Notes: generated from the letters alone by a model not told the origin. Shown: positions 52,903 through 63,278, counted from the stretch's first letter. The stretch: 64,000 nucleotides of DNA from an uncultured Gammaproteobacteria bacterium (GCA_964351225.1 CAYGNG010000011.1:886-64885); one strand, 5' to 3'. Program-made: numbers and translations.

Positions 52903-54437
52903 TTTTTGGAACAGGAAGGGGCTGATGTTTTTTCTTCTGCTGCGGGCTTGGGCTCTGGTGCGACAACAACAGGCGGGTTATACGCCAGTTGCAAACACTG
53001 CGGTGGTTGCGGTAGTGCGAGTTGTCGATGGCGCTGTGCGCTCTCAGATTGAATATTGGCGGCAGCGGAGTTTGAGGCGGTATTAGCACCGAGAAGCGAT
53101 GAAAAAAACGATGACCACGATGGGCGAGCCGCTTGCTGTTGCGCCGCACTTTCAGTTGCCGATGAACCATAAAGCAATCGCTCCATTTGGTCGGCGGTAA
53201 ATTCGACTTTTTGAGGCAGTAACGATATCGTTATGTTGGGCATTGGGGCCGGCAAATGCAGCGTTTTCTTTCCCCCGTCGATATCAGAGAGACAAGTGAG
53301 ATATACGCAGTCCAAACCGCTGCCTTGTTTTTCGTGCGCCTCATAAGCGGTTAGCGCTTCTTTATGAAACTCATTGGAGCATATATCGCCGAATAAACCA
53401 TCTTGGGCAAAAGGATTTTGCGGCGAGTTCAGATAGACCAGCAGAGGAAGTATCATTTGAAGCTTCGAATCTTGTTCAGCGGTTAAATCAATGCTTTCTT
53501 CGCGCTCGGTTGTTTGGCGACGGATCCCTACTTTGTTTGCAAGATAGTCTTCTATTTTCTTATAGAGCAGCGCGCTGAGATGCCTCTGATGCCAAACCGT
53601 AGCGGCATCGTCCTCGCCCTTTTGGGGGGCGTAAGGGTAACCGGAAAAAGGGGGGAGGTATCGCTCTAAAAAAGCAAGCAGGTCGTTGCGAAAATCACCT
53701 TCCTCAAAATGATTGATGATGTCGACAACGCGATAGACAAAGCTGGGGTAGAGATCAAATTCTTCATATTCAGCGGGCATGGTTTTTTGATTTTCACCGA
53801 TCAACGCATTCAGTTGGCTTAAGAGATTGTTGTAGAGAATGAATAGGGGTGTATCGGGGATGGCTGCTTGTTGCCGTTGTTGGAAAAAATCGCGCCGTAG
53901 GTGAGCAATCTCAACCATGATATCGTGCTTGACGAGATAGGCTCGGCCTTGGTCTTGTGAGCCCGCTATTCTCGTGAAATATTCTTGGACTTCCCAGGTT
54001 TGTATGCTACGAGTCGCGCATTCAAAGATTGCCACGGGGTTAATTGTTGAAAGCATAACCGGAATATGCCCGGTTTTAAGAAGTTTTTCGGTCATTTCAT
54101 TGACGTCGGAATATGAATGGCCGCAACTAAAAGAGCGATTCATTTTTTCTACTGCAAGAGAGAATTTTTTTAGCCGGTCTGATATCTTGCGGGTATCGAG
54201 ATGCGTAGAAAAATCGGCGCATGTTTTCTCGGCAGTCGCGCTAAAAGCATTGATTTTGGGCATGAGGTCGCTTATCGGCATGCCAAAGGTTTCTCGGTTG
54301 CCGGCTTTGCTACCGGAAAAATAAGTAAAAGCGTCGCTTCGGGTGTGTATAAAACCGATTTCTTCAGGTGCATATACGGTGGTGGAAATGGCGTGCTTGG
54401 TTTCTTCGGCGTCTGAGTGCTGGTTTGTGTGCCACAT
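52899..54437 (-). CDS. Hypothetical protein (512 aa), candidate effector
   Basis: Long ORF with no recognisable motif and a C-terminal low-complexity Ala/Pro/Ser region. Confidence 0.5.
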   Translation of the reverse strand: MWHTNQHSDAEETKHAISTTVYAPEEIGFIHTRSDAFTYFSGSKAGNRETFGMPISDLMPKINAFSATAEKTCADFSTHLDTRKISDRLKKFSLAVEKMNRSFSCGHSYSDVNEMTEKLLKTGHIPVMLSTINPVAIFECATRSIQTWEVQEYFTRIAGSQDQGRAYLVKHDIMVEIAHLRRDFFQQRQQAAIPDTPLFILYNNLLSQLNALIGENQKTMPAEYEEFDLYPSFVYRVVDIINHFEEGDFRNDLLAFLERYLPPFSGYPYAPQKGEDDAATVWHQRHLSALLYKKIEDYLANKVGIRRQTTEREESIDLTAEQDSKLQMILPLLVYLNSPQNPFAQDGLFGDICSNEFHKEALTAYEAHEKQGSGLDCVYLTCLSDIDGGKKTLHLPAPMPNITISLLPQKVEFTADQMERLLYGSSATESAAQQQAARPSWSSFFSSLLGANTASNSAAANIQSESAQRHRQLALPQPPQCLQLAYNPPVVVAPEPKPAAEEKTSAPSCSKN

Positions 54438-54485
54438 GGGTTTTTCCTCGTTTAATATTGTAATTGTCGGTACGGGTTATTTTTT

Positions 54486-55502
54486 TCAAGATGGCCGCGT
54501 TATCTTTGCCCTAGGGCCACGACCATCATTGGCGGAGGTTGATGATGGTGCCGGCCTTGTGAAAATTGTGCTGCCGTTATTAAAATAGTAGCTCGCGGCT
54601 CCACTATCAGAGAGCACTGTTTTCGCTAGACTTATTTCGGCCCATTGCTTTTTGCTGTTTTCCGATTGGCTTTTATCTGGGTGGCATGTTACCGCTATTT
54701 TTCGAAAAACGCTTTCAACCCGACGGGGTGTTAATGCTGGGCTAGGCTGTAAGCCTAACGCGGCGAATAAATCAAGTTGTTGCGTAATGGCTTGACCTGC
54801 CAGTCGCATCGGCTCGGAGGCGGTGGCTGGCTGAGGGTCTTTGCCGGGAGGCCGTTTCAGTCGTGGCTTGCGGGCTTGACCCGTTGTGTTATTGTCACGC
54901 GCCAGGTTGTCTTGGGTTGTATGCTCTGTCGGGTTATACCAGGGTAAATGGCGATATAGGTCAAAAATTTTATCGCAAAGCCTATCAACAGCCCAAGAAA
55001 AAGGACTGACACAGAGGTTGCTTATCCGAATAAAAACGTAAGCGACCATATAGGGGATCGCGCCCAAGAGAAAACCAAAGATGGTCTCCAGCTCCTTTGG
55101 CGGAATGCCGAAAGTGGCCACGAAAGGAAGAAAAACAATTGGCGGAAGAAGCAAGCTATTTTTTTTGTACTTCCCCCTTTTCCCGTGTAATAAAACGGCT
55201 ATGGGCTTATCAATAAAATTGTGCCCGACAGCAGAAGGAATATTGAAGAGCACTTGTAGAATGAAGCCGATTGCCATGCCAACAAGCAGTGGCGGCGCAC
55301 CGCAGATAAGACCCAAAGGCCCGTTGAAATGGTTTTCTTTCGGTTTATGTATTTTGCCATCTAGCCCTACTAACAGGGTATCTAAAACATGAGCAACACC
55401 TGCCGGGATAAAACTAAATAATCGGCCGAAAGGGTATCGTAATCCTGATTTACTTGCTTCATCGAGAAAATATATGGAGTAATCTTTATAGCTTTTGCTC
55501 AC
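54486..55502 (-). CDS. Membrane protein with a C-terminal J-domain (DnaJ-like, HPD motif)
   Basis: VFRKIAVTCHPDKSQSENSKKQWAEISLAKTVL is a J-domain helix II-HPD-helix III pattern. N-terminal hydrophobic helices (LICGAPPLLVGMAIGFILQVLF, IVFLPFVATFGIPP). Confidence 0.6.
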   Translation of the reverse strand: MSKSYKDYSIYFLDEASKSGLRYPFGRLFSFIPAGVAHVLDTLLVGLDGKIHKPKENHFNGPLGLICGAPPLLVGMAIGFILQVLFNIPSAVGHNFIDKPIAVLLHGKRGKYKKNSLLLPPIVFLPFVATFGIPPKELETIFGFLLGAIPYMVAYVFIRISNLCVSPFSWAVDRLCDKIFDLYRHLPWYNPTEHTTQDNLARDNNTTGQARKPRLKRPPGKDPQPATASEPMRLAGQAITQQLDLFAALGLQPSPALTPRRVESVFRKIAVTCHPDKSQSENSKKQWAEISLAKTVLSDSGAASYYFNNGSTIFTRPAPSSTSANDGRGPRAKITRPS

Positions 55503-55630
55503 AATTAGACCCTCTGCCGTTTTTATGGCTTAGCCTATCACATGCGCTGGAAGGAAATACAGTTTTGCAGAGAAGGACGGTTAAAAAAAGAACCAATCAG
55601 ATTGAAGGTTGATCACCTATCGCCGCTGCG

Positions 55631-57631
55631 TTAGAGCATATCCACCGGATCGACATCGACTGACCAGCGGACTTGCCGAGTTAGTCGGTTATCTTCTATG
55701 GCATTGAGGATGGCTTTGACGGCTTGATGCAGCGCTTTGCGATTTACGGATTGCAATAAGAGTTGCGCGCGGAAGCGGCCTGCGCGTTTTTCCATGGGCG
55801 CCGGGACGGGACCAAGAATGAAAACAGCAGCCGGCTTTTTGACGTGCGCACGGACTTGTTGCAAGAATTGTAAACTGATCCCACGTTTGGTGGCTTCAGC
55901 ACGAAATAAAACGTGAAAACTAAAAGGAGGTAGTGTTGTGCTCTGTCTTTCGGCTAATCCCATGGCAATAAATTGCTGATAATCATTTTGTAAAACCAAT
56001 TGCATGAGTGGATGATCTGGGTGATACGTCTGGATGAAGACATGGCCAGGCTTCTCAGCGCGACCGGCGCGGCCAGCTACTTGCATAATCATTTGTGCGG
56101 TGCGTTCACAAGCGCGGTAGTCGACACTAAACAAACCCTGATCGGCATTGAGGACCCCAACCAGGGTCACGTTAGGGAAATGGTGCCCTTTCGCGAGCAT
56201 TTGCGTGCCAATTAAGATTTGTTTCTCACCGTGTTGAATGGCATGCAGTATTTGTTGCAACGCGCCTTTGCGCTGTGTGGTATCGCGATCAAGGCGCGCA
56301 AGCGCGTGATTGGGGAATAATTGGGTGATGGTTGCTTCGATGCGTTCGGTACCATCTCCGAGCTCAATCAGGGTTGAAAGTTTGCAGTTTTCACAAATCG
56401 TGGGGACGCGATGCGAGGCGGTGCAATGATGGCAACGCAAGACGTGCGGATTTTTATGCAGCGTTAAGCGCGCATCGCAGTGTTGACAATGCGCCATCCA
56501 GCCACATTCTGGGCACAGCAAGGTGGGGGCAAACCCTCGCCGATTGATAAACAACATGACTTGCTCTTGACGGTCAAGGTGTTCTTTCATCATGGCGATT
56601 AAGGTGGGCGTTAAGCCATTTTCCATGACGATATGACGGCAATCTAATAAATGGAATGTTGGGGTTGTTGCCGCTCCGGCGCGGTTGGGCAGTTTGAGGG
56701 CGGTATATTTTTGTGAAATCGCGTGATAAGTGCTCTCAAAAGAAGGCGTTGCCGAGCCTAACACGATGGGTATCTTTAACCTGCTGGCACGCAGGATCGC
56801 AAGATCACGAGCACAATAGCGCAACCCTTCTTGCTGTTTGAAAGAGGGATCGTGTTCTTCATCAACGATGATGAGTGCTAAATTCGGCATGGGGGTAAAA
56901 ATAGCAGAACGCGTTCCGATAACAATGCGGGCGTGATGAATTTTGGCTTGCCACCAAGCGCGCATCCGCTCGGTGTCATTAAGGCCAGAGTGTATGAGCG
57001 CGATGGGTGTTGAGAAACGATCCGTGAAGCGCGCTACCATTTGTGGTGTGAGGGAAATCTCAGGGACTAACACCAAGATTTGCTTATTTTGTTCGGAGAG
57101 GAGTGCTGCAATCAATGCGAGATAGACTTCGGTTTTGCCGCTGCCGGTGATCCCGTCTAGCAGGAAAGCGTGGTAGGTATGGCGGTATTCTAAGATGGTT
57201 GCGACGGCTTGTCGTTGCGCTTCATTTAAGACATGAGGTGGCGAGAGGGCGCTTGTGGGAGCGTGGGGTGGTTTTAATTTGGCTTGGTTTAGCGCTTTTC
57301 CTTGCCGTAAAGCCGTCGGGATGGCGTTTAGCAGTGTTTCACCGAGCGGATGATGATAGTAGCCACTGGCCCATTGGCATAACGCCATCAATTCGGCATC
57401 GATAAGGGGCTCATCATCCAAAATGGATATCGCCTGTTTGATTTTGTTTTTAGGGCAACTGCTGCCAGCGCTGATGCCGATAATAATGCCGGTGATGGGT
57501 TTATTGCGGAAAGGCACTTGCACCCTAAGCCCGACTTTAACTTTTTCTGCTGGGAAATCATCTGGCGGGAGATAATCAAAGTGTTGGTATAATGGGGCAT
57601 TGACGACGACTTGTAAGTAGAAAATTTGCAT
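55631..57631 (-). CDS. priA: Primosomal protein N' (replication restart helicase)
   Basis: Walker A GITGSGKTEVY, DEEH box, Cys-rich zinc-finger insertion CPECGWMAHCQHC...CHHC...CENC. 666 aa. Confidence 0.9.
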   Translation of the reverse strand: MQIFYLQVVVNAPLYQHFDYLPPDDFPAEKVKVGLRVQVPFRNKPITGIIIGISAGSSCPKNKIKQAISILDDEPLIDAELMALCQWASGYYHHPLGETLLNAIPTALRQGKALNQAKLKPPHAPTSALSPPHVLNEAQRQAVATILEYRHTYHAFLLDGITGSGKTEVYLALIAALLSEQNKQILVLVPEISLTPQMVARFTDRFSTPIALIHSGLNDTERMRAWWQAKIHHARIVIGTRSAIFTPMPNLALIIVDEEHDPSFKQQEGLRYCARDLAILRASRLKIPIVLGSATPSFESTYHAISQKYTALKLPNRAGAATTPTFHLLDCRHIVMENGLTPTLIAMMKEHLDRQEQVMLFINRRGFAPTLLCPECGWMAHCQHCDARLTLHKNPHVLRCHHCTASHRVPTICENCKLSTLIELGDGTERIEATITQLFPNHALARLDRDTTQRKGALQQILHAIQHGEKQILIGTQMLAKGHHFPNVTLVGVLNADQGLFSVDYRACERTAQMIMQVAGRAGRAEKPGHVFIQTYHPDHPLMQLVLQNDYQQFIAMGLAERQSTTLPPFSFHVLFRAEATKRGISLQFLQQVRAHVKKPAAVFILGPVPAPMEKRAGRFRAQLLLQSVNRKALHQAVKAILNAIEDNRLTRQVRWSVDVDPVDML

Positions 57632-57743
57632 GGTAAGGATTGATTCATGGCACAGTTTGGCAACAAGACGTAATTATTCAGGAAAAACCCCCGGGGTGCC
57701 AGTTTTTTTGCACAAGCCGTAGCACGACACCCCCAAAGCCGGT

Positions 57744-58184
57744 TTATTCAACACGAATATCAATTTGTTTGCCACGCGCCGGGTTAACTTTAGGAATAAC
57801 AATTTCCAACACACCATTTAAATGTTTTGCTGAAATGCCTTCAATGTCTGCGGTGTCTGGCAGGGTGAATTGGCTTTCGAATTTACCATAAACTTTCTCG
57901 GCTCGAGTAAATTTTTTGGTTTTTTCTTCGCTTTCGCTTTTCCGCTCACCGCCAATAGAAAGCACATGATCGTGCATCGCAATTTTGATGTCTTCTTTTG
58001 CGATACCAGGCAAATCAGCCGAAATAACAAAGCGGTTTTCTTCCTCATGGACATCGACAGAGGGGATCCAATTGGCGGTAGCCACAGCCGACGTGTCATC
58101 GCTAAAGCGAGCCGGCCTATTGGGGTAAAAGGCTTTGTTTAATTCATCTAATAAACGCCAAGGTTCGTATCGTGTTAAACTCAT
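57744..58184 (-). CDS. Small heat-shock protein (Hsp20 / alpha-crystallin family)
   Basis: 146 aa. The alpha-crystallin domain pattern (VDVHEEENRFVISADLPGI...GVLEIVIPK) resembles IbpA. Confidence 0.85.
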   Translation of the reverse strand: MSLTRYEPWRLLDELNKAFYPNRPARFSDDTSAVATANWIPSVDVHEEENRFVISADLPGIAKEDIKIAMHDHVLSIGGERKSESEEKTKKFTRAEKVYGKFESQFTLPDTADIEGISAKHLNGVLEIVIPKVNPARGKQIDIRVE

Positions 58185-58286
58185 CGTGCAGTCCTCCTAA
58201 TTGATTGTTACCATTAACATGGTGGTTGCGGTCTGAATTTCAAGGCGCGCAACAGGTTGAATTAATTCTATCGTTGGAGGTGGCGT

Positions 58287-58946
58287 GTGGGGCAACAAAC
58301 AATGAAACAAAATGTGGCCAAGGCGGCTTTGGCGCATTTGGTCGAAGATGAAGTTATCGGTATAGGCACTGGCTCGACCGTGAATTGCTTCATTGAGTTA
58401 TTATCCGCGTATCGCAATAAGATCGAAGGGGCCGTCACCACCTCCCACGTCAGCGCTGAGAAGTTAAAAGCGGCGGGTATTCGCATCGTGGATCTAAATT
58501 CCGTCGTGCAGGTGCCGGTTTATTTCGATGGCGCAGATGAAGTAAATCCCCATAAACAAATGATTAAAGGTGGGGGCGGGGCACTCACGCAAGAAAAAAT
58601 TGTCGCGAGCGCTTCTAAAAAATTTATTTGCATGATTGATGAATCCAAGCAAGTAACCGTGCTATCTGAAAAACACCCGGTACCGATAGAAGTCATCCCT
58701 TGTGCCCGAAGTTTCGTTGCCAGAGCGATCCGTCAGCTTGGCGGTGATCCGGAGTATCGCGAGAGTTTTGTCACCGATAATGGCAATGTCATTTTAGATA
58801 TTTATCACTTTGAGATCCAAGAACCCATTAAAATGGAAGAATTACTGAACCAAATCCCGGGCGTGGTGAGCAATGGCATATTTGCGAAAAGACCGGCGGA
58901 TGTGGTGCTGGTCGCCAGTAAAAATGGGGTGGTTACGACACAGTAA
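58287..58946 (+). CDS. rpiA: Ribose-5-phosphate isomerase A
   Basis: GIGTGST motif, DGADEV, KGGGGALTQEK. 219 aa. Confidence 0.9.
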   Translation: MGQQTMKQNVAKAALAHLVEDEVIGIGTGSTVNCFIELLSAYRNKIEGAVTTSHVSAEKLKAAGIRIVDLNSVVQVPVYFDGADEVNPHKQMIKGGGGALTQEKIVASASKKFICMIDESKQVTVLSEKHPVPIEVIPCARSFVARAIRQLGGDPEYRESFVTDNGNVILDIYHFEIQEPIKMEELLNQIPGVVSNGIFAKRPADVVLVASKNGVVTTQ

Positions 58947-59005
58947 CGACACAAAGTGTTACAAACCGTTACCGGCATGAAATCATTGCGAAACCGCCGC
59001 CCTTT

Positions 59006-60661
59006 ATGATTCTTGTTGTCACAAGCACAAAGGAGCGAACAGCGATGTTATCAAGCCAAATTCTTTCCGATGAAGAATATCAACCGAATCCACTGTTTCA
59101 GCCGGTAAAAGGCACGGAAAAACTTAAAGCAACACAGCAGCGTGCGGCACCAGGCAGGGACAATAGCGCGATGAACTTGGTTCCTGATGCATATTATATT
59201 CAGCCAAATGCTAACGATGAAGCAGACATTGCGCGTCTGGTAAATCCACCACCCAATCAACAAGGGTTTGTTTATAAGGCCTTAGGATGGTTAGCGACTT
59301 TATTCGTGGCGGCGACCGGAGTAGGGTTAATCTATTTGTTGTTTAAAGTTACTTTCATTCCGCAAGGAAAATTAGGCTATGTCACTTACAATGGCAGCCC
59401 CAGAATTTTGGAGCCGGGTTGGCATTGGCTCAGGCACCCTTTCTCGTTGTTACAAAGTGAAATTAATTTAAATGAGATGTCTTTTCGGCAGATACCGCTG
59501 ACGCTGGTGACGATTGATCAAGGTGAGTATGGTTTGGTAATGGATAATGGCCACCCTAAAATATTATTGCCAGGGCGTCATTTGAGCTTGTCCCCAACCT
59601 TTCAATGGAAGGATAGCTGTCGCGTGGATATGGAATCCGCCTATCAAAGTTCCGGTATTGCCAGGCTTGGGCCCATTAAATTTATTTATGTGCGACCGAG
59701 TGCGGTTCGCCCCGTTTACAATGGGACTGAACTGTTAATTTTGCCACCTGGTTATCACAGCTTTGATAAAGTGACGCACCGGGTATTGCCGGAAATCTCA
59801 ATGGCGGAAACCGTCATGCCGTTTGAGCAAGTTGAAGTGTCAACCAATGAACCGACGCCGTTGAAAGCGCAAGTTTTAATACGTTACAAGGTGACCGATC
59901 CGGAAAAGCTGGTTAAAAACATGGGCCCTGAAAACCTTCAGCAAGCATTGAATAATGAAACCCATGCCGTGACGCGAGATGTGATTTCACGATATAGTTT
60001 ACAAGAAATTTTTGTTAACAGCCTGGGTAAAGCGAGAGAAGGCCATGAAGCGAAAGAAGCAGATGAAATGAATGCTTCAGCATCGGTTAGTAGTATTTTC
60101 ACCGATAAAAAACAGCATACGGGCGTTTATGATGTCATTGCCAAAGAGATCACGGATATTGTTAAACCAACAGCGGCGCAGTGGGGGGTCGAGGTAGAGA
60201 GTGTGGTCTTAGAATCGTTGATCATCTCCGATCCAAAGTTAAAACAAAGTTTGGAGCAAGCCACACTCGTTCCCGCGCAAGAAAATCAAAAATTAAGAGC
60301 ACAGCGGGCCGTTAATGAGCGATTACTTTCGGAAGCACACAATAACGTGTTGCTACAGCAAGAGGAAAATAAACGGATCATCTCAAAAGCAGAAGCAGAA
60401 GCCCAAGCGGCACAAATGCTCTCCGAGCAACCGCTGGCACAGCAACAAGCCTTATTGAAATCCTTGGCCGAAGTTGTTAGCCAATTCCGCTTGGAGGGGA
60501 CGTTGGTAACCGATAGCGGTGCTCTTCCGTTGGCGAAATTAATGCAGCTATTTAAATCACCAGCACTCGTTGAAGCGCGTGGCGCGGTGAGAGAAGTAAA
60601 GGCCGAGCAAGAAGCGCCAGCCGCTGCTACCAGCGCGCGCTCTAATCACGGCTCTAGCTGA
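59006..60661 (+). CDS. SPFH/band-7 (flotillin-like) membrane protein with a C-terminal coiled coil
   Basis: One N-terminal transmembrane helix (GWLATLFVAATGVGLIYLLF). A central region of band-7 type. A C-terminal charged heptad-like segment (QENQKLRAQRAVNERLLSEAHNN...AEAEAQAAQ). This assignment is an inference. Confidence 0.5.
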   Translation: MILVVTSTKERTAMLSSQILSDEEYQPNPLFQPVKGTEKLKATQQRAAPGRDNSAMNLVPDAYYIQPNANDEADIARLVNPPPNQQGFVYKALGWLATLFVAATGVGLIYLLFKVTFIPQGKLGYVTYNGSPRILEPGWHWLRHPFSLLQSEINLNEMSFRQIPLTLVTIDQGEYGLVMDNGHPKILLPGRHLSLSPTFQWKDSCRVDMESAYQSSGIARLGPIKFIYVRPSAVRPVYNGTELLILPPGYHSFDKVTHRVLPEISMAETVMPFEQVEVSTNEPTPLKAQVLIRYKVTDPEKLVKNMGPENLQQALNNETHAVTRDVISRYSLQEIFVNSLGKAREGHEAKEADEMNASASVSSIFTDKKQHTGVYDVIAKEITDIVKPTAAQWGVEVESVVLESLIISDPKLKQSLEQATLVPAQENQKLRAQRAVNERLLSEAHNNVLLQQEENKRIISKAEAEAQAAQMLSEQPLAQQQALLKSLAEVVSQFRLEGTLVTDSGALPLAKLMQLFKSPALVEARGAVREVKAEQEAPAAATSARSNHGSS

Positions 60662-60692
60662 AGAAGAACCGGCGGCGGGTAATGATATGAAA

Positions 60693-61133
60693 TTATCCGC
60701 CGGGTGGTTTTGGTGAAAGAGAGGATTGTTGTGCTGGTGGAAGGAGCGCAGTCGATAGTGAGTTGGCATGCTTTTCGAGTATTTCGATTTCTCGGGTTGA
60801 CAAAGACCTCAATTCGGCGGAGGTTTTGTTGGCAATGGTTTTGGCGGCAATCTGTTTAATTTCGGTTGCGGTTGCCTGAGCGGTGCCGTTGAATGAGTCA
60901 ATGGTGTGTTGTGTCAGAATTTCGATTTTAAGCTGTTTTAAAAGTGTTGTATCCTCCCTGATGGTATTTATCAGGTGTTTCCAAGCTATCGCTGGGCCCG
61001 ATTCCTTGAGGTTTGCAAAGAATTGCTCGAGCGGCGATTGATGAGCGTGGTTATTGAAAAATCCGTTTGTTCTGTCTTTAAAAAAGCGCATGGCACAATC
61101 CTGTTTAATATTCGCATATATTAACTCTAGCAA
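60693..61133 (-). CDS. Hypothetical protein (146 aa)
   Basis: Only a plausible ORF. No motifs. Confidence 0.3.
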   Translation of the reverse strand: MLELIYANIKQDCAMRFFKDRTNGFFNNHAHQSPLEQFFANLKESGPAIAWKHLINTIREDTTLLKQLKIEILTQHTIDSFNGTAQATATEIKQIAAKTIANKTSAELRSLSTREIEILEKHANSLSTALLPPAQQSSLSPKPPGG

Positions 61134-61278
61134 CCAAACCTTAACACTTCCTTAATAAATCGCGAATGAAATTTCATTAATAACCAATAGCGTAACATAA
61201 AATTTTAGAAAATCAGAGAGCTGGATAGGCAGGATTTTACCCATGACCATGGGTAGTATAATGGCTTTCTAGTGCATA

Positions 61279-61319
61279 CCATCTGGCAAAGCGGCCACTT
61301 TGCCAGATGGTTTGGTGTT
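61279..61319. terminator. Perfect 13-bp stem / 6-nt loop hairpin followed by TTTGGTGTT
   Basis: ccatctggcaaag cggcca ctttgccagatgg tttggtgtt. It sits directly at the stop of the minus-strand 360-aa gene. The U-tract is on the plus strand. Confidence 0.5.
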
Positions 61320-62400
61320 ATCCGTGGCCAGAGTTACCACCCAAGGTGACCGTGGCATACGAATACGATGCAGGAAGGGGTGGCTTTTTTTGCTCTGATA
61401 TGGCGCCAGACAAGAAGCCAATTGTCGGATATCGGAGGCTATCCGCGTTTACTGCCGGCGGTGATTTCTTTCTGATAGCAATCAATTGCGTATTGAGCGC
61501 GTTTTGAATGGCCTTAAATGAAGCGTCATCGGCATGGGATAAATATCCGCGCTTATTATTAATGAATGCTTGGATCTCGTTCCATACTGCTCGTGTTTCG
61601 GTGCGCGCAATAAATTTTAAAATGGCCGGAACAATAATCCGTGAGCGGTAGCTAGCAAAATGTTCCCACGCCGGATCGGCTTTGGAGGTATGTTTGGTTG
61701 CAATTAAGTTACCAATTTGTTCGACAGTTAGTGCGTTTAAAAACTTATCGGTTTTCAATAGTTGGAAATGCGGCTCGGACAATTGGTTTTTTGCCACGAT
61801 GGCTAAAATTCTGAGGATATTTAATTCTTCTTTTGTCATCAATGCGGTTAATTCGGTGACCGATTCCGAGCAATAGTCTTCTTGCTTTTGTTCAGGCTGC
61901 GGATTGCAAACTGAAATCGTCTTTTCGATTAAAGCGGTTTCGATTAAGTGATAAGAATGGCTGCAGGTGGTTCCTGCGCTATCCCTCCAGGTGGATGCGC
62001 CAGAATAACTCCGTAAATAATCATCATGGAAATGAACCAAGCGAGCGACGCGGTCACAGCCTGCTTCACCAGTGACTCGTGTTATTACGTTTAAAATGGC
62101 CTCCCGGATCATTTCTCGATAAGCTGTGAAATGAGTCCAGCTGCTATCGGTTCGGTCTTTTTTTGCTTGGATTAAGTCCGCGATATTCTCCGCGGATAAA
62201 GTAGCCAGAAAAGCCGGTGTTTTGAGGAGTGTTATATGTGCGGCACTGATTTGATTTTCTTGGATGACAGCCAGTGCGCTAGCGAAATTGATTTCTGTTT
62301 GAGTATGTTTTTGCAATTGTACGAAATCGTTAGATTTTTCTTGTGTTCCCGATAAGAAAGAAAACATAAGCACCTCCAAATTGTTATTGTGAAATTTCAT
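61318..62400 (-). CDS. Hypothetical protein with an internal tandem duplication, candidate effector
   Basis: Two about 55-aa repeats: ITLLKTPAFLATLSAENIADLIQAKKDRTDSSWTHFTAYREMIREAILNVITRVT and FQLLKTDKFLNALTVEQIGNLIATKHTSKADPAWEHFASYRSRIIVPAILKFIARTE. Confidence 0.5.
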   Translation of the reverse strand: MKFHNNNLEVLMFSFLSGTQEKSNDFVQLQKHTQTEINFASALAVIQENQISAAHITLLKTPAFLATLSAENIADLIQAKKDRTDSSWTHFTAYREMIREAILNVITRVTGEAGCDRVARLVHFHDDYLRSYSGASTWRDSAGTTCSHSYHLIETALIEKTISVCNPQPEQKQEDYCSESVTELTALMTKEELNILRILAIVAKNQLSEPHFQLLKTDKFLNALTVEQIGNLIATKHTSKADPAWEHFASYRSRIIVPAILKFIARTETRAVWNEIQAFINNKRGYLSHADDASFKAIQNALNTQLIAIRKKSPPAVNADSLRYPTIGFLSGAISEQKKPPLPASYSYATVTLGGNSGHG

Positions 62401-62541
62401 TGAACAGACACAACCGATTGTAGCAACCGCGATTTAAAAAAGATATGATGTTGTAAATAAAAGAAAAAACAGATGCATTTTACTGTGTCTCGAGGGCGGC
62501 TTACGCAATTTTTTTTGAAAACAACGCAAGGAAAATCATTC

Positions 62542-63171
62542 ATGCACCGTCATCGCGTGGGATTTTTATTGTTTGATCAATTTGAAGATCTCGATTTTTT
62601 TGGGCCGTGGGAAATTTTTGCAATTTGGCGCGATCATTTCAATGGCCCCAACGAATTGCTATTGCTTAGTGAGGGCGGTGGTTGGGTAACGAGCGCCAAA
62701 GGATTAACGCTACAAGTTACGAGTGATTTGTCATCGTGTCCCGCATTAGATTATTTATTAATCCCCGGCGGCCTTGGTACCCGCAAAGCCGTGGAGAACC
62801 CCTCTATCCTGCAATTTATTCAAGCGCAAGCGCTGCGATGCCGACATATTTTATCGGTGTGTACCGGAGCGTTTCTGTTACAAGCCGCGGGTTTATTAGC
62901 GAATAGACAAGCAACCACACATTGGGAGTCTGTGGCGCGCTTAGCGCATTTTCCGGAAGTGACGGTGACCGCGACACGCTATACGCGTGATGATAACCTC
63001 TGGACCGCTGCCGGCGTTTCCGCGGGGATTGATATGGCGCTGGCTTTTGTCGCCGCCGTAGCGGGCGAACAAACGGCTGGCGATATTCAACTCTACGCCG
63101 AATATTATCCCGCCCCAACCATCTACCCAAATCGGCAAAATATTTTACCAAAATACGTAGTCGAAAAATAA
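62542..63171 (+). CDS. DJ-1/PfpI (ThiJ) family protein
   Basis: Nucleophile-elbow cysteine in ILSVCTGAFLLQAAG. I trimmed the start to the ATG at 62542 (MHRHRVGFLLFDQFEDLD). Confidence 0.8.
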   Translation: MHRHRVGFLLFDQFEDLDFFGPWEIFAIWRDHFNGPNELLLLSEGGGWVTSAKGLTLQVTSDLSSCPALDYLLIPGGLGTRKAVENPSILQFIQAQALRCRHILSVCTGAFLLQAAGLLANRQATTHWESVARLAHFPEVTVTATRYTRDDNLWTAAGVSAGIDMALAFVAAVAGEQTAGDIQLYAEYYPAPTIYPNRQNILPKYVVEK

Positions 63172-63278
63172 GGGGCGAGAGGGTCTCGTGGCAAGCCGAG
63201 AAAGCCAGATTGAAATGCCATCGGCTTTTGATGCGGGTTAAAATCATGCGGAATGCTAAGGGCTCAATCAAAGCGCAT

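Noticed and set aside
52868-53170. ORFs 52868-53086 (+) and 52892-53170 (-)
   Set aside because: They overlap the 3' end of the 512-aa gene and are lower-complexity alternate-frame reads.
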